A model generated the notes under the pieces. The model did not search any database and was not told the origin of the DNA. It was given only the letters and a program-made list of their open reading frames with translations. Of a DNA stretch of 64,000 nt, positions 58,221-64,000 are shown in pieces. Every line of letters begins with the position of its first letter. Within the stretch, counting starts at the first letter, position 1. Source of the DNA: Thermoplasmatales archaeon (GTDB taxonomy: Archaea; Thermoplasmatota; Thermoplasmata; Thermoplasmatales; Thermoplasmataceae); assembly GCA_027310185.1 (NCBI GenBank), contig DAIDBH010000007.1:13891-77890 (forward strand). The letters run 5' to 3'. Both the position numbers and the translations under genes were made by a program.

Positions 58221-59732
58221 ATGGAAGATGGAGTTGTTGAGATCGACGGGTTCACCCTCAATGCTGAGAAATATCAGGATATTGTTCTGAATAAAAGGAG
58301 GGTTGGAATTTCAAAGGACACAATAAGAAATATACAGAAGTCAAGAGAATCTCTTGTTAAGCTTATAGCATCTGGAAAAAACATTTACGGGGTTAATACA
58401 GGATTTGGCAGCCTGCTGAACAGGAAGATCAAGCCTGAGGAGGAGAAACAGCTGCAGGTTAACCTTATACGGAGTCATTCAGCAGGATTTGGAAAACCGC
58501 TCAGCGAAGAGAAGGTTAGGGGCATTATGCTGGTAAGGGCAAACAGCCTCTGCAGGGGTCAATCTGGATGTACTGTTGACCTTGTTCAGGGAATCATGGA
58601 TTTCCTTAACATGGAAATTTATCCCTATGTACCAGAATTCGGATCTGTGGGTTCCAGCGGAGACCTTGCACCTCTTTCCCATATCCTGCTTGCCATGATG
58701 GGAGAAGGTGAGATCATTGTGAATGGCGAAAGGAAAGATGCAAAAACTGTGCTGGAAGAGAAGAATATTGTTCCCTATGAACTGAAGGAAAAGGAAGCAC
58801 TGGCTTTCAACAACGGAACTGCGGCCATAACCGGGATTGGAATGCTTGAGCTCATAAGGGCAAAGGAGAATGTGGCCCTTGCAACCGGATCTGCAATTCT
58901 TTCAATGGAGGCCATGGGGGCAACAAGGAAGGCGTTCACCCCCTGGGTACTTAAGGCCAGGGACCAGCCTGGACAGGCAAAAATAGGAAATGTGTTATAC
59001 ACCAGACTTGATGGGAGCGCGAGCATTGAGGAAGGTGACAGAAAAAAGATTCAGGACGCATATACAATAAGGTGCACACCACAGGTTTTTGGCGCCGTCG
59101 TTGATACGATCAATTATGTTGAATCAGTGCTTGTTAGGGAAATGAACTCCACGACAGACAATCCACTGGTGAATGACGAGGAATATATCTCGGCAGGCAA
59201 TTTTCATGGTGAACCTGTAGCCCTTGTCTGCGACTTCCTTGCAATTGCACTTACTGATCTTGGCAACATGGTTGAGAGGAGGATTGCGAGGATCACGGAT
59301 GAGAATCTAAGTGGCCTGGATGCTTTTCTTGTAAAGAATAACGGCCTTAATTCAGGTTTCATGATAGCCCAGTACACTGCAGCTGCACTGTGCAACAGGA
59401 ACAAGATCCTTGTCTATCCTGGATCTGCGGATTCCATACCCACATGCGCAAATCAGGAGGATCATGTCAGCATGGGCGCAAATTCAGCAAACAAACTCAC
59501 GGAAATCAATGACAACCTGAACAGGATCATATCCACAGAATATGTACTTGCAGTGCAGGGAATGGATCTCAGGAACAGTTCATATTCAAAATACTCTGAG
59601 ATGATCAGGAAGGAAGTGAGAAAACATATATCCTTCCTGGAACAGGACAGGCCGATATACAGGGATATGGACAGAATGCAGGAGATCATGAAAGGACTTG
59701 GGGAAGAAGTTTATAGGGAAATATTCCACTGA
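58221..59732 (+). CDS. hutH: Histidine ammonia-lyase
   Basis: YGVNTGFG, LIRSH, GSSGDLAPL, QDAYTIRC, GNFHG, NQEDHVSMG. Confidence 0.9.
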   Translation: MEDGVVEIDGFTLNAEKYQDIVLNKRRVGISKDTIRNIQKSRESLVKLIASGKNIYGVNTGFGSLLNRKIKPEEEKQLQVNLIRSHSAGFGKPLSEEKVRGIMLVRANSLCRGQSGCTVDLVQGIMDFLNMEIYPYVPEFGSVGSSGDLAPLSHILLAMMGEGEIIVNGERKDAKTVLEEKNIVPYELKEKEALAFNNGTAAITGIGMLELIRAKENVALATGSAILSMEAMGATRKAFTPWVLKARDQPGQAKIGNVLYTRLDGSASIEEGDRKKIQDAYTIRCTPQVFGAVVDTINYVESVLVREMNSTTDNPLVNDEEYISAGNFHGEPVALVCDFLAIALTDLGNMVERRIARITDENLSGLDAFLVKNNGLNSGFMIAQYTAAALCNRNKILVYPGSADSIPTCANQEDHVSMGANSANKLTEINDNLNRIISTEYVLAVQGMDLRNSSYSKYSEMIRKEVRKHISFLEQDRPIYRDMDRMQEIMKGLGEEVYREIFH

Positions 59733-59744
59733 ATCAAGGATATA

Positions 59745-60266
59745 TTATCCCATAAGTGAACCACATGAGGGACAGAATTTTGCATCTTCATCGACAAGAG
59801 CCTGGCACTGCCTGCACCTTACCTTTATGACCTCCTTTTTATTTTCAGGGTTTTCATTTGCCGGTTGCTGGCCCGGTGTTATGTTCTGTACAACAATTCC
59901 TGGCTGGGATTGGGTCCCACCCTGATTGTAGGTAAGATTCCCCGATTTTGCAGATGCAATCTGGTTGATCCATAACTGTGGCTCCTTGACCTTGAATGTG
60001 TAATGGCTTCCGTCTGCATTGATCCTGAACTCGTGACCCTTGAAGATTATATCCTTCTTCTTATCTGCTACGAGGACTGAGCTGAGAGGTATATTCAGCA
60101 GAACTACATCGTGTTTATCCTTCACAAAAACCATTCTCCTGCTTTCCTTTGTAGTTTCAAGTACAATCCTCTTGTTTGTAAGGATCAGGTTCCCCCTTTC
60201 CTTTCCATCTCCTGTTTCGACCCCATGTTCTGTAAGCAGAACAGCCTCTCCGGCATCAAATAACAT
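59745..60266 (-). CDS. PH-like domain plus C-terminal zinc ribbon protein
   Basis: GNLILTNKRIV, WINQI, CRQC...FCPSCG. Confidence 0.8.
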   Translation of the reverse strand: MLFDAGEAVLLTEHGVETGDGKERGNLILTNKRIVLETTKESRRMVFVKDKHDVVLLNIPLSSVLVADKKKDIIFKGHEFRINADGSHYTFKVKEPQLWINQIASAKSGNLTYNQGGTQSQPGIVVQNITPGQQPANENPENKKEVIKVRCRQCQALVDEDAKFCPSCGSLMG

Positions 60267-60331
60267 TTATATCATAATGATAACTTGTCAAGATATTTAA
60301 GGATTAGATAAGAGGCACACTTAACTCCATA

Positions 60332-61279
60332 TCAGGATTCTATTTCCTGGAATACATTGAATGGTTCAATCCACTCCTGAATGGACTGGACCCTCCTGAT
60401 CACAGGGTTCAGGCCCATTTCCATCAATCCTGTTTCCCCAAGAATCTCCAGTAGTTCAGATGTAAATATTGATGGATGGATTATGTAATACCTCATTATC
60501 CCATTATTTAGGGAATGCATTTTCAGCATCACAGGTATTCGCTTTTTCCTGAGGTTATTGCTTATATCGGTGAATAGAGGATTATGAACACTTGCCTCGT
60601 AGAGTCTCCCCCTCACTATTTCTTTCATATTCCTTCCAGGGATTTGTCCTTCCCTTACTATATAAACAGCTGAAACGGTTCTTGACTCATAGGGTGATTT
60701 TATAATCCTGAACCAGCTGTTTCCGAGGGAATCTATCTGTACCGGGAATTTAATTGGGTCTATGGTGAAATCATATTCCAGCACTGAAACGCTGGACCTC
60801 ATTCCAATTTCTTCCAGTGTATTTTTTATACCACCGCTCGGTCCGAGATATTCTATTCTCACTTCAGGTATTCTGTCAAGTTTTTTCAGTAGTATTGATG
60901 AAATACTATCAACCTTCACCCTGGAAAAAATTAGCTCAACTCTGTAAACACCATTTTCCAGCCATGCTGAAGACAGTACGGTTGAGGGTGTTCCCACAAG
61001 CTCGATCATCAGTTCCCTGAAGTTCGCTGAAACATCCATTTTTCTTGATATTCTCCATATGTTATTCTTCTTCACTGCATCCATGCTGTTAAGGAAGATG
61101 AATAATTCACGATTCATTTTTGGATCCTCTGGAAAGAAGATGCTGACCTCTGTTTCCTCCCCATCGACATAAATGCCCATTTCCGAGGTTATCCTGTATT
61201 TTCTTGAACCGTTGGACAACTCTGTGTCCGGGGAAAACGAAAGCCTGAGTTTCCAGTCAAGAGCATCACTGTCCTTCAA
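60332..61279 (-). CDS. ~310-aa paralogue family member 4
   Basis: DALDWKL, SEMGIY, EYLGPSGG, W.RI.K.P. Confidence 0.7.
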   Translation of the reverse strand: MKDSDALDWKLRLSFSPDTELSNGSRKYRITSEMGIYVDGEETEVSIFFPEDPKMNRELFIFLNSMDAVKKNNIWRISRKMDVSANFRELMIELVGTPSTVLSSAWLENGVYRVELIFSRVKVDSISSILLKKLDRIPEVRIEYLGPSGGIKNTLEEIGMRSSVSVLEYDFTIDPIKFPVQIDSLGNSWFRIIKSPYESRTVSAVYIVREGQIPGRNMKEIVRGRLYEASVHNPLFTDISNNLRKKRIPVMLKMHSLNNGIMRYYIIHPSIFTSELLEILGETGLMEMGLNPVIRRVQSIQEWIEPFNVFQEIES

Positions 61280-61409
61280 TATAATCAGGTCTAGATTTAT
61301 CCAATACTTAAATTTAGTTATAAAGCACTTTCTCTGCCTGGTCGTTTCATAAATCTAAAACGAAATGCAGTTTCAACAATTTCTCTGAACTGATAAAATA
61401 TCTTAAATA

Positions 61410-62360
61410 TTATTCTCCTTCTAGCCACTCCCTGAGAGTTTCTATTCGTTCCAGATCAATCTTCCATCCTTCAAATTGCCGTGCTATATCGGATAAGAGC
61501 CGTATTAGTTCATCGGTGAAAATAGATGGTGCAACTATATATGCCTTCAAGTTCGGCTTTTCAAATATCTGTACCCTGCTTAATGTTACGATGTTCCTTC
61601 TTATTATTTCCATGTTTATTGCATTCACCACTTCATTTTTGGTCTTCCCATAATAAACGCCGTCAGTTATCTTTCTTATTTTTTTATTATGCAGTTCAGG
61701 ATCATCCGTGAGATATACAGCTTCTATGGACTGTGTTTCAAGAGGCATCTTCAGTATCCTCAACCAGCTTTCATCTACCAGGTTGTCTCCTACCTGTTTT
61801 TCATCGGATTTTGCCCTAAGTGACATCTGAATTACACTCAACGGGTTTCTTCCATCAACAATTTTCAAAATCCGCTCATAACCCTCGCTCGGCCCAAGAT
61901 AATCTACATTGAATTTCCACTGGTCACCTTTGAATCTGAGAATGGCTTCAGAAACGGAATTTATCTCGGTATATGAGAACAGGAATTCTGTAAAATACCT
62001 GCCCTTATCGAGCCAAACAGAGGAAAGGACGCACGAGGGTACATCCAGTAATTCCCTTACTGTGTCTATATATTCTCTTGATTTCGTTACCTTCCTGTGA
62101 ATTCTCCAGATACCATTTTCAAGTACACCTCCTGATTTGGAAATAAATATGGAAAGGTCTCTCTCTATATCTGGTCCATCCGGAAAATAAAGGTTGATCT
62201 CAGCTTCCTTTCCCTCCAGATGAAAACCTATTTCTGATTTTATTCCGAATTTCCGGGATGCCATGGATACTTCAGTTCCTGGTTCTATGGAAGCAATCAA
62301 CTTCCAGTTCAACATATCCATTTTCTTCAGTATTCCATGCCCGTAACCCGCTTCATTCAT
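61410..62360 (-). CDS. ~310-aa paralogue family member 5
   Basis: DMLNWKL, SEIGF, DYLGPSEG, WLRILKMP. Confidence 0.7.
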   Translation of the reverse strand: MNEAGYGHGILKKMDMLNWKLIASIEPGTEVSMASRKFGIKSEIGFHLEGKEAEINLYFPDGPDIERDLSIFISKSGGVLENGIWRIHRKVTKSREYIDTVRELLDVPSCVLSSVWLDKGRYFTEFLFSYTEINSVSEAILRFKGDQWKFNVDYLGPSEGYERILKIVDGRNPLSVIQMSLRAKSDEKQVGDNLVDESWLRILKMPLETQSIEAVYLTDDPELHNKKIRKITDGVYYGKTKNEVVNAINMEIIRRNIVTLSRVQIFEKPNLKAYIVAPSIFTDELIRLLSDIARQFEGWKIDLERIETLREWLEGE

Positions 62361-62495
62361 TTAATTTCTCCAGATTAATAAATAAATTTGTTTAAATTCT
62401 ATTAAACAAATGACGTCTATTTATAAAAAACATTTGGTACAAATTGTTGCTAAAATAGCGTTACTTTCATATGTTTTAATGCCACTTCAGAGATA

Positions 62496-63437
62496 TCATG
62501 GGAGAATTTTTTCTTTGTAGATCCATTCTCCGATATTCTGTACCCTGAATATCTTTGGCTTCCACTGATCGAACGATGATGCAACCTGCCTGACAATATT
62601 TATATATTCTCCAGAAAAAATGTCAGGAACCGCTGTCAGTGTATAAAATTTCCTTCCTTTCAGAATGTTTATCTTCGATATACATGGAATCCTGCTTTCA
62701 CCCATCATCCTGTCCATCTCCCTTATGAATTCATTCTTTGTAGCCGCAAAGTAAATCTTTCCCGGGACTATCTCCGTAACATCTTTCCGTGATGGCTTCT
62801 CTGTGGTGAAATAAATACCATTTATGTCCCCCTTGCCAAGTGGTGTTTTTTCTATTCTCACCCATTCATTTCCCATGGGATTCCGCTCCAGCTTAAGTTC
62901 CTCATCCGGTGGATCGGTCTCGATGCCTATAAGTGTTAATGTTGTCCTTTCCGTGATCCTTTTGATAGAATTCCTGAATCCACCGCTAGGTCCAATATAT
63001 TCAACCCTGACGTCAGATTTTTCAGCTAGTTCCTGCAAGATCACCCTTGATACATCTTCTATTTCTGAATCGTGGAACAGGAATTCTATTCTGTATTCTC
63101 CTTTGGATATGCTGAAAGATGAAAGTACAACTGAGGATATGCCAAGTAACTTTCTTGCTATATCCGTCAGCTTGAAATTCTTTCTGGCAATGCTTCTTAC
63201 CCTGTATATATTGTTCATTTCCATAGCCTTGGACTGATTGAGAAATATTACCATCTCTCTCTGCATTTCTTCGGTTTTCTTCACGAAGAGATTCATCTCT
63301 GTTATCTCCTCCTCGAAGATGAACCCCAGCTCTGACTCTATGCCAAATTTCTCAGTCTTTTCTGCGGTACCACCCTTTGGTCTTGATGAAAGGCAGACCT
63401 TCCAGTTCAAAGCATCCAGTTGTTCCACATTATTCAA
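62496..63437 (-). CDS. ~310-aa paralogue family member 6
   Basis: DALNWKV, SELGF, EYIGPSGG, NPMGNEWVRIEKTP. Confidence 0.7.
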   Translation of the reverse strand: MNNVEQLDALNWKVCLSSRPKGGTAEKTEKFGIESELGFIFEEEITEMNLFVKKTEEMQREMVIFLNQSKAMEMNNIYRVRSIARKNFKLTDIARKLLGISSVVLSSFSISKGEYRIEFLFHDSEIEDVSRVILQELAEKSDVRVEYIGPSGGFRNSIKRITERTTLTLIGIETDPPDEELKLERNPMGNEWVRIEKTPLGKGDINGIYFTTEKPSRKDVTEIVPGKIYFAATKNEFIREMDRMMGESRIPCISKINILKGRKFYTLTAVPDIFSGEYINIVRQVASSFDQWKPKIFRVQNIGEWIYKEKILP

Positions 63438-63697
63438 CTCCCTTTTTCAGCTATACGCAATTTACTGAATCGAATCAATTTTGACAGTATATATGCTGTT
63501 ACACTCATAAACTGTCAACATATATAACATATTGTCCTTATAATAAGGTTGACCGGCCCTTCTATCAGATAAACTTCTCCATCCGGAGAGCCAGTTCTTA
63601 AATTACCTGTGAAGCTCACTGCCATTATTCCCATCAATCATGTATGGTCATTGAGTCTTCAAGAATGTTTATATATAGATATTGGAATTCCTTACGC

Positions 63698-64000
63698 ATG
63701 CATTTCACAAAAAAAGAAATATATGCTATTATTTCCGTTGTGGTGGTCATTATTGTGGTGGTATCAAGTATTGCAATTTATTCCAACATGTCAAAGGGCA
63801 GTGCTCCTGTCCCACTTTCAAAATATGTTAAGATTTCCAACAACGATCTTCTGAGTGGAGGACAGGATCATATCTATTTCATATCATGGTATGGATGTCC
63901 CATAGGTGCAGACAATTCATGGGTCCTTTACAGCTTCCTAAACTCCACTAGAGATGTTGCTCCAGACGTTGTTCTTCACCAGTCCATAGCAGGAACACCT
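63698..64000 (+). CDS. DUF929-like membrane-anchored thioredoxin-fold protein (runs off window end)
   Basis: Hand translation MHFTKKEIYAII...FISWYGCPIGADNSWVLYSFL. Confidence 0.75.
   Translation, partial: MHFTKKEIYAIISVVVVIIVVVSSIAIYSNMSKGSAPVPLSKYVKISNNDLLSGGQDHIYFISWYGCPIGADNSWVLYSFLNSTRDVAPDVVLHQSIAGTP

Noticed and set aside
63609-63854. 81-aa plus-strand ORF in the track
   Set aside because: Wrong frame; the real gene starts at 63698 and runs off the window

Overview
Archaeal chromosomal window, most consistent with a Thermoplasmatales (Cuniculiplasma/Thermoplasma-like) genome; this is inferred from protein style and gene order, not from a database search. Left part (1-32 kb): ECF transporter, phosphoesterases, Sm-L37e-purF, Nop5-Cbf5-cmk-adk-secY, the S10/spc ribosomal protein cluster, a nonsense-disrupted HTH regulator facing two tandem small paralogues, and a GlcD/GlcF-like pair. 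Centre (32318-46768): a ~14.45 kb element integrated at the 3' end of tRNA-Gly(TCC). It has a 12-bp att duplication, a reconstructable palindromic attP, a tyrosine integrase, divergent RHH-type regulators, an SF3-type helicase ending in a GINS-B-like domain, two Sm/Hfq-like small proteins, a Zot/pI-like ATPase, tiny membrane proteins, a Gly-linker surface protein cassette and several families of internal DNA repeats, but no recognisable capsid gene. Right part: tpiA, tRNA-Lys, an orphan DNA methyltransferase, a methyltransferase split at an A-AAA-AAG slippery site, and six ~310-aa paralogues (probably Ta1207-like) surrounding an M20 amidohydrolase, an S66 peptidase and a histidine ammonia-lyase with an SSG MIO triad. 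No rRNA or CRISPR array was seen. All calls come from reading the sequence and ORF track; no searches were run.
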